Positions 40,497 through 54,016 of a stretch of 64,000 nucleotides of DNA are shown piece by piece (position 1 is the stretch's first letter; every line of letters starts with the position of its first letter). The position numbers and the translations under genes were made by a program. The notes beneath the pieces were generated by a model. That model searched no databases. It saw only the letters and a list, made by a program, of their open reading frames with translations, and was not told the origin of the DNA. The stretch is from contig OX597814.1 in NCBI GenBank assembly GCA_951406725.2, positions 203,050,001 through 203,114,000 of the forward strand, in the 5' to 3' direction. This DNA is from Octopus vulgaris. Taxonomy: Eukaryota.

Positions 40497-41502
40497 ATTT
40501 AACGTCTGTTTTCCATGCTAGCATGGTTTGGACGGTTCGACCAGGTCTGGGAAACCAAGAGGCTGCATTTCCCAATATTATTATTGCCTGTGGTGTAAGA
40601 CGGTGAGCTAGCAGAATCATTAGCATGCCAGGCAAAATGCTTAGCAGCATTTTGACTGTCTTCGTTTTCTGTGTTCAAATTCCACTGAAGTTGACTTTGC
40701 ATGTCATCCTTTCAGGGTCAATAAAATAAGTACCAGTTGAGAAATGGGGTCAGTGTAATCAACTTACCTCCTCCCCCAACATTGCTGGCCTTGCGCCAAA
40801 ATTTGAAACCAATATTAGCCAAGGTGTTAAAAGTTTACTTTGAGAATTATTTCTCATAGACTGGTAATGTTTTGGTGTTTTATCTTCTATCTTTTACTTG
40901 ATAATAAAAGACAGAAGACTGCGGTCATGCTGGGGCACCACTCTGAAGAAGTTTTAGTCAAATAAATCAACCCCAGAATGCTTTTTTTTAAAGCCTGGAA
41001 CTTATTCTATCAGTCTCTATTGATGAATCACTAGGTTATGGGGATGTAAACACAAGAACAACAGTTGTGAAGCAATGGTGGGGACAAACACACACACACA
41101 CATATATATATACCCGACAGGTTTCTTTCAGTTTCCGTCAATCAAATCCATTCACAAGGTCTTTTGTTGGCCCAAGGCTATAGTAGAAAATATTTGCCCA
41201 AGGTGCCATACAGTGGGACTGAACTCTGAAGGGAAACAAACATCTTAGCACACAGCCATACCTGCACCTATTACAAATTTTCTTTTATATTTTGCCAGTA
41301 CTGCCTGACTGGCCCTTGTGCCGGTGGCACATAAAAGCACCCACTACACTCTCAGAGTGATTGGTGTCAGGAAGGGCATCCAGCTGTAGAAACTCTGCCA
41401 GATCAAGATTGGAGCCTGGCGCAGCCATCTGGTTCGCTAGTCCTCAGTCAAATCGTCCAACCCATGCTAGCATGGAAAGTGGACATTAAACAATGATGAT
41501 GA
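40497..41502. mobile_element. Cluster: RTE tail (minus), family-2 SINE (plus, 40597-40815), family-1 SINE (minus, 40880-41270), RTE 3' UTR (plus, 41293-41502)
   Basis: Diagnostic segments shared with other copies in the window. Confidence 0.7.
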
Positions 41503-42323
41503 TTTTTGTTCTTCTGCGAGAATTTTGATCTGAATTTTGTTATATTTTGGAAGAATGATATCATTGAAGCTTACAAGTGCCCTCACTGGTTGTTTTTGTC
41601 TGTAACTTTCCTCCCTGCCAACCCAGTGGCGTCTTCATCATCCTCCATATTCCACTGGTTCTTTATGTCATCAACCGAAAAGAATGACAAACTAAGAGTG
41701 TTTGTATTATTCTCATAAAATATATCAAAAGCAATGATGGAGGCAAACGTCTGACTAAATGGTTAAGAAGGTTATAGGACTGGTTTGATGGAAAATGGTT
41801 TAGTGTGGGAAAGACCAAAATTATAGATACTGTAAGAACTGGTGTGTTTATGAACTAAATGACTCTTCCCAAATAAAACAATAATGGGTTTGTAATGCAA
41901 TAATGGCTTCTTGATACAGTAATGGGTTCTTTATACAATTTGTTTGTAATTAAATGCTTTACACAATTGATGAACAAAGAGAAAAAATGTCAATCCTTTA
42001 AAGCAGAAAGAGAGAGAGAGAGAAAGAGAGAGACCGACCAGTTGCTCTGTAATAGTGAGATATTAAATTAGATTGACAACTTAGTAGGTGACTTTCTTAC
42101 TTTTTGGTGAGTTTGGTGAGAGAAAATGATATAAATAGGTGTTGTTGACTCCATTAATTGCTTTTAACTTGTGATTTGATCTAATTTATTATTTTTTTGC
42201 ATCATGCTGCCTAGTTTAAGGAAAGGAAATATTACTCAGATTCTAGAAAACACATATGACTTTGTGGTGGTGGTGCCGGTGGCAGCAGGGACGGTGGCAG
42301 TAGTTGTTAAGGCGGTGGTGGCG

Positions 42324-42356
<33 letters not shown>

Positions 42357-42634
42357 ATAGAAGTAGTTAAGGTGGATTAATAGAAATGTTAGATTGTCAA
42401 GCTAAAAATTGTGATTCAGTATTGAGTAACAGACTGAAGGTTCTGAGTTCACATCTCACTGAGGTTGATTTTGTTTCTCATGCTAGTAAGGTCAATGACA
42501 AAAAAATTGGGGCACCAGTCAAATACTGAGTTCAGTAACATTGACTAACCCCTCAACCCCTCAGGAATTGTGGATCTTGTAGCTAAATAAGAAATTATCG
42601 TTATTTTTGAGCATTTCTTCCATTCTGAGTTTAA

Positions 42635-43696
42635 CCCCTTAACCCTTTCGTTACCAACCCGGCCAAAACCGGCCCTGGCTCTGTAGTACAAATGTCATGT
42701 TTTCATAAGTTTTGAATTGAAATCTTCCACCAATCCTTAGTCACAATTTATGTTCCTAACACTAGCTGAATGATAGCCAATTTATTTTATTAAATTCTTT
42801 GTTATATTTAAAATTAATTGAAAGAAACACAGAGCATCTCAAAAGAAATACCGTAACAAAAGGGTTAATGGATTATCCTGAGTTTACTTGTGCATCGTAC
42901 AAATGTATCTTTTTAGAACCAGACAAGTATACTTGGTCAAAATTAACTTTTAATTTTAGCACACAAATGAGTTTATTTGTTTTGTGTTGTTTCATTTTTG
43001 AGCAATCACAAATTTACTCATGTTGTCATACGCCTGGCAGCACATATTCTGGTGCCGTTTCAAAGAATTTATGCTTCTGAGTTTTGAACCATTACTTCAG
43101 TGCATTCTCAGATTCAGGAGGAGGTTGGTGTCATTCTAGAACCATCTCGTTTTGATTCTCTATTATTTATACAAATAAGAGAATTATTTACGCATCAATC
43201 CCACATCCAACAAGATTTGCCCCAGTTGGTCACTTTCCCATGGAAATATCCCCAAGGGATAAGAAAAAGAACCCTACAAGACAGTGTGCAAAATGCGCAG
43301 AGAAGAGAGACGCTAAAGGAAAGAAGATTCGAAGAGAAAGCAGATACATGTGTGATGTGTGCAAGATAACTTTGTGTGTAACTCTTTGTTCTAAAAATTA
43401 GCATTCTAAATAAACTGTCTATCTCATTTTTAAAAAAATTCCTTTGATTTAAAAGCAATACATCTTATAAAAAATCGAAGATAGTTAAGTTATATGTATT
43501 TTTTCAATGTCTGAATTAACTCGTTTAAATCCAAATGAGTAAAAGTACATTTTAATTTCTATAATAAAAAATAATAGAAACAAGATTAAAAAAAACTCTT
43601 TTTGTAATTAACACAGTGTATATAATTAAAAAAGGAAATAAAAAAATTATGCTCTGAAATGAAACGCCATCTCAAAATAATTGACCCAATAAGGGG
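42635..43696 (+). mobile_element. Internally deleted piggyBac transposon retaining the C-terminal Cys-rich domain
   Basis: TTAA|CCCCTTAATGG ... CCAATAAGGGG|TTAA. 43201-43400 reads PTRFAPVGHFPMEISPRDKKKNPTRQCAKCAEKRDAKGKKIRRESRYMCDVCKITLCVTLC (PGBD4-like Cys-rich domain). Confidence 0.85.
42643..42864 (-). mobile_element. MITE family A nested in the left TIR of the piggyBac relic
   Basis: TTAA|ccctttcgttacc ... gtaacaaaaggg|TTAA. Confidence 0.9.
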
Positions 43697-44349
43697 TTAA
43701 AAAAAACCAACCAGGTCAACTTTGCCTTTCATCCTTTTGGGGTTGATATAACAAAGTAAACCTTTCCCCCCACAATTGCTGGCATTGTGCCAAAATTAGA
43801 ATTATTATCACCAACATCATTGTTATTATCATGAACCATTATTGTCACATTTATTTGTTTTCTTGCTCTGAAAAGAGGAGACAGTTGTCAGAATGTGATT
43901 CCTAGCTAAGTGGAGGATCTGCTTTTGCCAGGATAGATTCTTGATGAAACCCAATTACTGGAGCCCTTTTTGAGATCTTTATCTATGTGCTGCTCTGATG
44001 TAGGGTATCGGATGCAGTAATGTTTTCTTGATATACATAGTGGTTATATTTCCTTCTTTTTGAAAAGGACACAGTTACCATATCCCTCACTGAAGGATGT
44101 TTGCTACATATCTGTTCATAGAGTCAGTGTGAGTTTAAAATATTTATCCAATTCCATGCCATTAGCCAATTCCAGTTATTTCCCCGACTCATTTTGTAAA
44201 AGGTTCTACAAGGGAATTTTTTTGCATGAATGTTTGCTGGAAAAGACTGTAGGATAGTATACAACATGACACTATGCAAGCCAGCCCAATTATTATATCA
44301 TCTGAACATGATACTTATAGTAACTCACATTTAAATCCTGTCTTTGTAA

Positions 44350-44649
44350 AATCTTTTCAACTCTAGGCACAAGGCCCAAAATTTTTGGGGTGGGGGCCAG
44401 CCAATTAGATCAACCCCAGTACGCAACTGCTACTTAATTTGTCAAACCAAAAAGGATGAAAGCAAAGTTGGCCTTGGCAGAATTTGAACTCAGAATATAA
44501 AGGCAGATGAAATACCGCTAAGCATTTCACCCGGCGTGCTAGTGTTTCTGCCAGCTCACCGCCTTAGTCTTTGTTAATATTTATATGTGTCTGTATGCTT
44601 GTGTGTGTGTATTAATTTATATGTGTATATGTATATATATGTATGTATA

Positions 44650-44685
<36 letters not shown>

Positions 44686-45330
44686 GGCACAGGTGTGGTA
44701 AGAAGCTTGCTTCCCAACCACATGGTTCCAGGTTCATACCCACTGTGTGATGCCTTGAGGAAGTGTCTTCTACTTTAGCCTTGGGCTGACCAAAGCCTTG
44801 TTAGTGGATTTGGTAGATGGAAACTGAAAGAAGTCCATCATGTGTGTGTGTTTGTCCCTCACCTCCACCACTGCTTTGACAACCAGTGTTGGTATGTTTA
44901 TGTCCCTGTAACTTAGCAGTTCAGCAAAAGAAACTCATAGAATAAGTATTAGGTTTTAAAAAAAATGTCCTGGGGTCAATTTATTCAACTAAAATCCTTC
45001 AAGGTGGTACTACAGCATGGCCACAGTCAAATGACTGAAACTAGTAAAAGATAAAAGATATGTATATATATGTATGCACATATGTATAAGTGTATAGGTA
45101 TGTATATGTTGCCAGTGCCACCTGACTGGCCCTCGTGCCGGTGGCACATAAAAGCACCCACTACACTCTCGGAGTATTTGGTGTAAAGAAGGGCATCCAG
45201 CTGTAGAAACCTTATCAAATCAGATTGGAACCTGGTACAGCCTCCCATCTTACTAGTTCTCGGTCAAACCGTCCAACCCATGCCAGCATGGAAAGTAGAC
45301 ATTAAACAATGACGATGATGGTGATTATGA
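44350..45330. mobile_element. Cluster: family-2 SINE (minus, 44350-44565), family-1 SINE (plus, 44685-45058), RTE 3' UTR (plus, 45110-45330)
   Basis: Diagnostic segments shared with other copies. Confidence 0.75.
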
Positions 45331-45751
45331 TGTTTCCTAAATTGTATAAACTGCACTTATCTTCACTTGGTAATTGTAGTTCTGCTGTTTAGTTGTTAGT
45401 CTCTAAAGTACAGCATTAATTCTAGTTAACAGTTCCTCTGTGATTTGGCAACAAGTCAGAGGTTAGAAATCATATTTTATTTCAGTTTAATTTCCTTGCT
45501 AAGAAGAGGAATAAGTTTTACTTGGCAGCATTTCATAAAAATTTTGTAAAATTTCTGAAATGTTATTTTATCAATTTTATTAGCTGCTTTTTTTTTTTTT
45601 AAACTATCACTAGTTTTTGCAGGGATTAGTTGTTTTTTTCTCCCCGTATTTTTCCTTTTCTTATCATAAAATTTGTCAATCATCATAAACTGAAGTTTTC
45701 TGTGATATTTTGGTGGTGACTTCTCAAACTCATTTCATAAATACACTTTAA

Positions 45752-46155
45752 CCCTTTCATTACTGTATTTATTTTGAGATGCTCCATGTTTCTTTCAATT
45801 ACTTTAAATATAACAAAGAATTTAGTAAAATAACTTAGTTATCATTAAACTAGTGTTAGGAACATAAATTGTGACTAAGGTTTGGTGAAAGATTTTAATT
45901 AAAAACTTTTGAAAACAAGACATTTGTACTCAGAACCAGAGGTAGTTTCAGTCGGGTTGGTATGAAAAGGGTTAAATTAGTCATTTGTTAACCCTTTTGT
46001 CACTATATTTCTGTTGAGATGTTTTGTGTTTCTTTCAATTAATTTTAAATATAACAAAGAATTTAGTAAAATAACTTAGTTATCATTAAGCTAATGTTAG
46101 GAACATTTGTATTGCAGAGCCAGAGCTGGTTTCGGCCAGGTTGGTAACGTAAGGG
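45752..46155 (+). mobile_element. Tandem dimer of MITE family A (45752-45971 and 45992-46155; second unit internally deleted)
   Basis: Each unit is TTAA-bounded; 12-bp spacer attagtcatttg; deletion at ACAT microhomology. Confidence 0.9.
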
Positions 46156-47353
46156 TTAATATAAAAATGTCTATTTTCATCATTATTTTATTGTGTTTAA
46201 TGATAATAAATATATCAGGTCAGACACAGCTGTGTGGTTTAGAAGCTCACTTTGGAATCATGTGGTTTTGTGTTCAGTCCTACTGTGTGGCACCTTGGGC
46301 AAGTGCGTTCTGTTATAGCCCCAGGTCAACCAATGCTCTGTGAGTGAATTTGGTAGGCAGAGGCAAATTTCAGCAGCACATATTCACAAAATTTTTAATG
46401 CATTGAAGCTTTTAGGAGGCCAAACTTCACACATAGGACCCAGGATGGTTTTTTTTTTTTTTTTTTTTTTTTTGAGACATTTTGGCAGGAAAAGTGGCTC
46501 ATATACCATCAGATATGGCAATATGTGTTTGTGAACTGAGACCCATTTCTGTCCCAGTTGCATATTTTCAAAATAATATAGTCACTTGAACATAGTTGAG
46601 CTTACATAACTCTGTACAACAGAATTGTGGCAATCAGAGTTTATAGTGGCAATCAGCCTAATTATTTACTAGGGTCATCTTTTGTGTTGTCTTCATAAAT
46701 AATTACATCATTTATTAAGTGTGAAATCTTTAAATAACTTTCAATAGAAACTTGTCTTTCAAATATTTTCCTCTGCTTTTTTGTTGTTGCTTTTTTTTGT
46801 GATGGTATTTACACTTCCATCGTCTTCTTCATTGAGTGTTCTTGTAATTAATTACGTGTGTGTGTATGTATTATAGTTTTTTATTTATTAAAGTGTGATA
46901 TGAATTTTCTTGTTCATTTTCCTTTCTCCCCAATTCTTAAGGGTTGTATCATTTTGAATTGGCGATGAACAAAATGTCTTTTGAGAACAAAAATCACTTT
47001 TAGAAAATATAATCAACCATATCTTTATGTTTTGAATCATAATTCAATATATTTTCAATATATTTTCAACATGTGATAAATTTTATGCTGTTGATTTTCA
47101 TTGATTTAACAAAAAATGTGTTTAATTGGTTGAATATGTCCATAACATAATTCTCTGAATTCTCAAAGCTATTCTAACAAGTTTTATATTTATTTATTGT
47201 TCTTTGTCTGTCTGTCTGTGATAGAAACTCAAAACTATTTCAGGTAGTTTTCTCAATATTTATGCAACTTTAATTTCAAATTAGTTACTGACAAAACCAG
47301 TGAATATCACACATTTGAATTAGCTTTTAAAAAAGGGAGATGTTTATTTAAGG

Positions 47354-47608
47354 TAACAGTTGTCAACCAGGATCCAGAGGATCCTTGGAGATCCATATAA
47401 GATTTTGTTGTTAAAGTTTATGTGCGATAAATTGATTATATATCTACAATACAAACAATATTTTAACAATTTTTTTATCAGATTTCTAATGATATACAAT
47501 TAAAAATTTTACTAGGGGGTTTTTAAACATCGAATAGCTGTGAGGGTCCATCCAAGTAAAATAGGAACCTAAAGGAGTCCATAAGTAAAAAATGGTTGAA
47601 AACCACGG
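47354..47608 (+). mobile_element. hAT MITE
   Basis: Right TIR ggttgaaaaccacgg; 8-bp TSD atttaagg/atttaaga. Confidence 0.7.
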
Positions 47609-47627
47609 ATTTAAGATGTGATTGTAT

Positions 47628-48860
47628 CATTATCATCATCGTTGTTTAATGTCCGCTTTCCATGCTGGCATGGATTGGATGGTTTAACTGAGGACTGGCA
47701 AGCCAGGAGGCTGCACGAGGGTCCAATCTGATCTGGTAAGGTTTCTACAGCTGGATGTCCTGCTAACACCAACCACTCTGAGAGTGTAGTGGGTGCTTTT
47801 TACATGCCACCGGCACAAGCATTGACCATGCTTGAAAAGTGATTTTTACATGCCACCAGCACAGGAGCCAGTCAGGCAGCACTGGCATCAACCACTAAAA
47901 AATATATATTCATAGGTGGTTACTGAAAACCCATTATGTTGCAAAGCTTGCTTCTGGGCTAAGTGAATTCAGTTTCAGTCCCAATGCCTGGTATCTTAAG
48001 CAAGAGCCTACTACATTAGGTCAACAAAAGCATGGCAAACAGATTTGTTTGAGAGACACTAAAAGAAGTCCGTTGTATATATGTGTATGTGTATAGGTAT
48101 GTGTTTCTGTATGTGCAAGTGTGTGTTTATGTCTCCTTGTTTTGACACCATGCTATAGTTATAAACAGATGTTAGCTTCATCATACAAGTAATGTTTGCT
48201 TCTGGTCTTCTGTAAAAAAACATGTTTGGTTATGGGGAAGGTGAGGACTGGCGACAGGAAAGCTTTTCAGCCATAGCAAAATCTGCCACATCAAATTCTC
48301 TTTGATCCATGCAAGCACGAAAACTGGCTGTTAAATGAGGGGGATGATATCCATTCTATCATAGTCTGATTCATAAGAGAAGGTATGTAACATTGGAACT
48401 GGTTATTAAGAAAACATAGCATGTTTACACAGGTCATTGACCCAGGAGGCATTGACAAGACTGGCAAAGACGAGGGGGCAGAAAAATGTTGCATAAAACT
48501 GTTATATACCCTGCACAAGCACCAGTTTTATTTTAGGCACAGGCGTGGCTGTGTTGGTAAGATGCTTGCTTTGCAACCATGTGGCTTTGGGTTCAATCCC
48601 ATTACACAAACTCCTTGGGCAAACGTCTTCTATTATGGACCTGGACCAACCAATGTCTTGTAAGTGGAATTTGATGGATGGAAACTGTGGAAGCCTGAAA
48701 AATATGTATGTGCTTTTGTGTCTCCCCTGCCCACTATTTAAATCCTCATAATCTAGCAGTTTGGCAAAAGTGACTGATAGAACAGGGTTAATTTGTGACT
48801 AAAACCTTCTGGACAGTGCCCTAGCATGGCTGCTGTCCAGTGTCTAAAGCAAGTACAAGA
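47628..48860. mobile_element. Cluster: RTE 3' UTR (minus, 47628-47897), RTE-tailed SINE (plus, ~47930-48350), family-1 SINE (plus, 48535-48860)
   Basis: Diagnostic segments shared with other copies. Confidence 0.65.
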
Positions 48861-49789
48861 TATATCTCTGGTAATCTTTTAAGCTGCATTTTCTAAAATG
48901 GTTTTGTTAAAATTTTCATCAGTTTTTTCAGTTTTCAAATTTAAAATGTATGTAAATTTCAAATCATAAGAATTAAATATTTCACGATGTGTGTGTGTGT
49001 GTGTGTGTATGTGTGTATTCTGTCTCAGGAAACTTCATTTGACCAGAGGCAAACAAAATTACTACTTAATTTCACAAAACTGTCTCTGCTGTATCTTCTG
49101 GGAAATTAATTGATTTCACTATTGAGTCTAGTAGACATTTTAAACTCTCTTTTTCTTTTTTCTTGATCTATTTAAATCATGTATACTCCAGTATCGTTCA
49201 TTATTATCAAAGAAGATTAGCTTTCAAAAGCCTATCATTTGAATGAAATCGAAAAAAAGTCCATTTCTAATAACTAACTTCTTGGTATGTCTGTGAATAC
49301 TGAATGTTTCCATTCTTATTTGAAAGAATATTTTTATTTCTGAGATTAGATTCTCTCAGTATGAAATTATATTTGAGTATAGAGGTAAAAAATCATCTTT
49401 TTTAAGAATATTTTCTATCCTCATTGATGATTCAAAACATGTAATGACTTTTAATTATGTAAGTCTCTTCTCTTGAGAGAAGGAAGTGATACACATAATT
49501 TTGTTTTTCAGTCTTGAAAATATGAATGTATTTACACACACACACTTGTGCGGGTGTGTGGGTGTGCATGTGCTAGGGTATGCAGTCATCATCATCATCA
49601 TTATTTGACATCCATTATCCATGCTGCCATGAGTTGGATGGTTTGACAAAGAGCTGGCCAGCTGGAAAGCTGCATCAGGCTCCCACTGTCTGTTTTGGCA
49701 AGGTTTCTGAAGTTCGGTGCCCTTCCTAACATCAGCCTCTTTACAGAGCAAACTGAGTGCTTTGTATATGGCACCAGCAGGGATACAGT

Positions 49790-49993
49790 TCTATATTTAA
49801 GAGATGAGGAATTATGTACATTATTTACATTTGACAGATATTTGTCCTCATTTTGTTTGTTGTTAACACAAGGTTTCGGCTAATATACCCTCCAGCCTTC
49901 ATCAGGTGTCTTGGGGAAATTTCGAACCTGGTTTTTCTTTCCTAAGGTATTTTTCAATTCCAGGCAGTGACCTGAATAATAATCATGATAATG

Positions 49994-50029
<36 letters not shown>

Positions 50030-50091
50030 TCAAAAAAAAGCTTAGGAATGATAACCCAAGTTCAAAATTTCCCCAAGACACCTGATGAAGG
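49790..50091. mobile_element. Penelope-like fragment with inverted arms (49896-49955 and 50032-50091) around (TAA)n; hammerhead motif at 49865-49910 (minus)
   Basis: Minus strand gacac-CUGAUGA-a-GGCUGG...UUAGCC-GAAA-ccuu-guguu; arms ccttcatcaggtgtcttggggaaatt / aatttccccaagacacctgatgaagg. Confidence 0.65.
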
Positions 50092-50238
50092 GATGTTTTT
50101 TACATGATACCAGCTGGGTCACTTTTTATGTGGTGCCAGCATGATGCTTTTTACATGGTACCAGCATAGGTGCTTTTTATAGGGACCAGCATGAGTGCTT
50201 TTTGCATGGTACCAACATGGGTGCTTTTTATAGGACCA

Positions 50239-50375
50239 TTAGTTATCATTAAGCTAGTGTTAGGACCATTAATTGTGACTATGGTTTGGTGGAAGATTTT
50301 AATTCAAAACTTATGAAACAAGACATTTGTACTATTGAGCCAGAGCCAGTTTCAGCCAGGTTGATAACAAAAGGG
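50239..50375 (+). mobile_element. 5'-truncated MITE family A
   Basis: agttatcattaagctagtgttagg ... ataacaaaaggg|ttaa. Confidence 0.85.
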
Positions 50376-50554
50376 TTAAGAGTTGATAAAATATGTACCA
50401 GTCAAGTACTTGGGTCAATTTCATGAACTGACCTCCCACCCACCCCCACCATCATACACACACACCCTTAAAATAGCTGGTTTCGTGCCAAAATTTGATT
50501 GTTTCCCCCGCAATCTCTTTACCTCTCTGATTAGGTCCTTTTATTTCTCATTAA

Positions 50555-51016
50555 CCTTTTCATTACCAACCTTGCTGAAACAGCCTCTGGCTTTGTAGTA
50601 CAAATGTCTTGTCTTCAAAAGTTTTGAATTAAAATCTTCCACTAAACCTTAGTCACAATTTATGTTCCTAACACTAGCTGAATGATAACTAAGTTATTCT
50701 ACTAAATTCTTTGTTATATTTAAAGTAATTGAAAGAAACACAGAGCATCTCAACAGAAATATGGTAACAAAAGGGTTAACAAATGATTAATTTAACCCTT
50801 TCAATACTAACCTGGCGGAAATCACCTCTGGCTCTGTAGTACAAATGTTTTGTTTTCATAAGTTTTGAATTAAAACCTTGCACCAAACCTTAGTCACAAT
50901 TTATGTTCCTAACACTAGCTTAATGATAACTAAGTTATTATACTAAATTCTTTGTTATATTTAAAGTAATTGAAAGAAACACAGAGCATTTCAAAATAAA
51001 TACAATAACGAAAAGG
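50555..51016 (-). mobile_element. Tandem dimer of MITE family A (50555-50775 and 50796-51016)
   Basis: TTAA-bounded units; spacer caaatgattaat is the reverse complement (11/12) of the spacer at 45976-45987. Confidence 0.9.
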
Positions 51017-51863
51017 TTAATAATTGATGTTTAAAAATAAAGGATTTTGGAGTTGTTTTTGTTGTGGGAGTTTGACTTAATCTATCACCCATCCAGAGCA
51101 ATGGATTGGTTGAACTGTAACAACATTAGATTGGATACTTTGCAGTATTTTTTCCAACTCTTTACGTTCTGGGTTCAAATTCATACATGGCCTATCTACA
51201 AGGTTTGACAGTTCAGTCTTTTCCCCTGACTAAAAGATGAAAATAAAAATTGAGTGAGTCAAGGCCATCTTAGCAGCATTCTAGACCCCTGGTCAAATCA
51301 ATGCGGGGGTGTATAGTATATATTAGTTGAAAGCAAGCTGCAACAAACACAACTGGCATTCCATCTGTTACGATGATGAAGTTTCCTGTTGATCCGATCT
51401 CAGAACAGCCTGCTCATGAAATAAACGTGCAAGTGGCTGAGCACCTCACAGACATGTATACCTATTTTTTTTACTACCCACAAGGAGCTAAACACAGAGG
51501 ACAAACAAGGACAGACAAACTGCATGGTGGCCTTAATAATGCAGGAGGCACAAAAAAATGTATCCAGTCCATGTTGTAAAGGGGTTAGTTTTAGGTAAGT
51601 GTAGAAACCTTGCTAAAATAGACATTGGAGTATAATGTGGTCCTTGAACCCATCATATCCCATCAAACTGTCCAACCCATGTCAACATGGAACATGGACT
51701 TCAAATGATGATGATGATGATGATGCCAGTGAACAGTGAGAATCAAAATGATGGCATGCATATTCTTTATATATTCCTGCAGATTGGAATGTATTAAAAA
51801 TAAATACGACGCAGGTAGAGAACTTCACCAGAAGGTTATTATAACAGTTATAATTAAAGTATA

Positions 51864-52254
51864 CTAGCAGTATTGCCCAGCGTTGCTCGGGTTTGTTTCG
51901 ACCCTTTAGAATTGGAATTTTTGAAAAGTAAAAATTTTGCATTATGTAGCTTGTTATTCTCTTTAAGTGAACATTTTTCTGGTTGAAATACACCGAAAAA
52001 TGGTGACACAGTAGTAAAAAAATCGTAAAAAATAGGGATTTTCGTAGAAAAAAAAAGCACCTTTTTGATGTAAATAATTTTTGGTCTTAACATGGTCCAA
52101 TTTGAATTTTTTCTTCTACGGAAGGAAGAGCAAGCCTTCTATCATACTCTCAATTTTGGTCAACTTGCACTGCAGGGTCTCGGAGGAGATAGTGTTAGTT
52201 GAAGGCTACCAAACCTGCCATACACAGACAACTTCAGCTTTATATAGAGAGAGA
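51864..52254 (-). mobile_element. Non-autonomous Helitron (~391 bp)
   Basis: Minus strand A|TCTCTC... ...cccgagcaacgctggg (subterminal hairpin) ...tgCTAG|T; AT target and no TSD. Confidence 0.75.
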
Positions 52255-52849
52255 TGTGCCAAGGACAACAGTATAGCTTTCACCAACATACTCAGCACTG
52301 AGAAACATTAATGTGTTACCCATGAAAGCAGGTCTCTGCTGAAACTGATTTTATAGCAGTCTGTAACGATGCTAACTGGACTAAGAAAGATGCTGAGGTG
52401 GGGTTTACAATTTTCATTGTCTTTGACATATTGGTGGGGGGGGGGAGATGTGGGGTCAGTAAGCGGCAGTCTCATAAAAATTGTTCTATATGTGAAGAAA
52501 CAAAACAAAGAACATATAGAAAAGTTTCATCCTTCTATAAATCTAACAGGCCATTATTTTCAGCCATAGCCTCTGTAAGTTATGAAGACACTGTTATGAC
52601 ACCTGAGGCCATTTCTAATGCTGTTGAGCTATTCTGGTTTTCACTTAAATGTCTTTTAGCAAGCTTCTTAATTCTGTATCTCAAATCTGATGATTTTCTA
52701 AGCTGATTAATTAACAAAATATTAATTCATTCATTACATAATTAATGCTATGTTTATCTTCGTCACTTCCCAAGCTCTGATACTGTTGTCACAATGACAT
52801 TTTAAAAATATAAAACAATTTAACTTTTCAGAATTTTTTTTTTTTTTTA

Positions 52850-53227
52850 ATTCTTTTATTCTTTTGCTTGTTTCAGTCATTAGACTGCAGCCATGCTTGA
52901 AGAATTTTAGTCAAAGGAATCAACCCCAATATTCTTTTTTAACCTGGTACTTATTCTATCAGTTTCTTTTGCTGAACCACTAAGTCACAGGGATGTAAAC
53001 ACACCAACACCAGTTGTCAAGCAATGGTGGGAGACAAACACACACACACACATACATATGTACAACGGGCTTCTTTTAGTTTCAGTCCTGCAAATACATT
53101 CACAAAGCTTTGGTCGGTCTGAGGCTATGGTAAAAGACACTTGCCCAAGGTGCCATGCAGTGGAACTGAACCCAGAACCATGTGGTTGGGACGCAAACTT
53201 CTTACCACACAGCCACGTCTGCACCTA
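52850..53227 (-). mobile_element. Family-1 SINE
   Basis: Full head-to-tail match to other copies. Confidence 0.8.
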
Positions 53228-53391
53228 TGTATCAGGTTTTATTACATTTCTGGCAGACTGATTGTTTATTAAAGCTTCTTTCTGTGTGTGAGTGTGTGTG
53301 TGTGTGTGTGTGTGCCTGCCTGTCTGTCTGTCTGTCTTGTGCATCAAATGATAAAAGTATTTAGTCTATATACAAAAGCCCTTCTTCATAT

Positions 53392-53581
53392 CAGTGCTCT
53401 GCTACCAGTATGCTGTGGCACACTGGTGTGCCATTAGACAATGCTAGGTGTGCCACAGTGTAAACTGAATATAATTTTTTTTTTCCCCTATACTCATAGT
53501 TATATTTTTAGTTCGGGTGTGCCACCAGATTTTGAAAAGACTATCAGTGTACCAAAAGCGAAAAATGGTTGTGAAGCGCTG
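53392..53581 (+). mobile_element. hAT (Charlie-like) MITE with subterminal gtgtgcc repeats
   Basis: cagtgct...ggttgtgaagcgctg termini; repeated ggtgtgcca. Confidence 0.55.
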
Positions 53582-54016
53582 CTCTGTATTCATGGTTTTG
53601 TAGTTAACTTGAAGGTTTAGTTAAATTTCTATTTCTGGATTAATGTTTATTTAAAGCTGGGGTATGGTTAGAATTAATTTCAAATAATTTTGTAAATATT
53701 GCAATCATTGGTTACAAAAGTTTAATTAATAATTAAGAATGAATCATCATAAAGTGCCTGGAATATCGGTAAATGAATGGAATACATGTCTAACCAGAAG
53801 AAGAAAATTATGCAGTCCACTGGAATGATTATTAATCTAAATTAACTTAGAAAATTATTTTGTGATTGAAATGGTTAATAGCTTTATGAATAACAGTAAT
53901 TGCATTTTTAAGACAAATAAAGTGGCGATGGTGATGTTGGTGGTGGTTATTTTTGTTTAACCCCAGGTAGTACTGATAAGACTTTTTGACCAAAAGTAGT
54001 TCAGTTGTGACCAATA

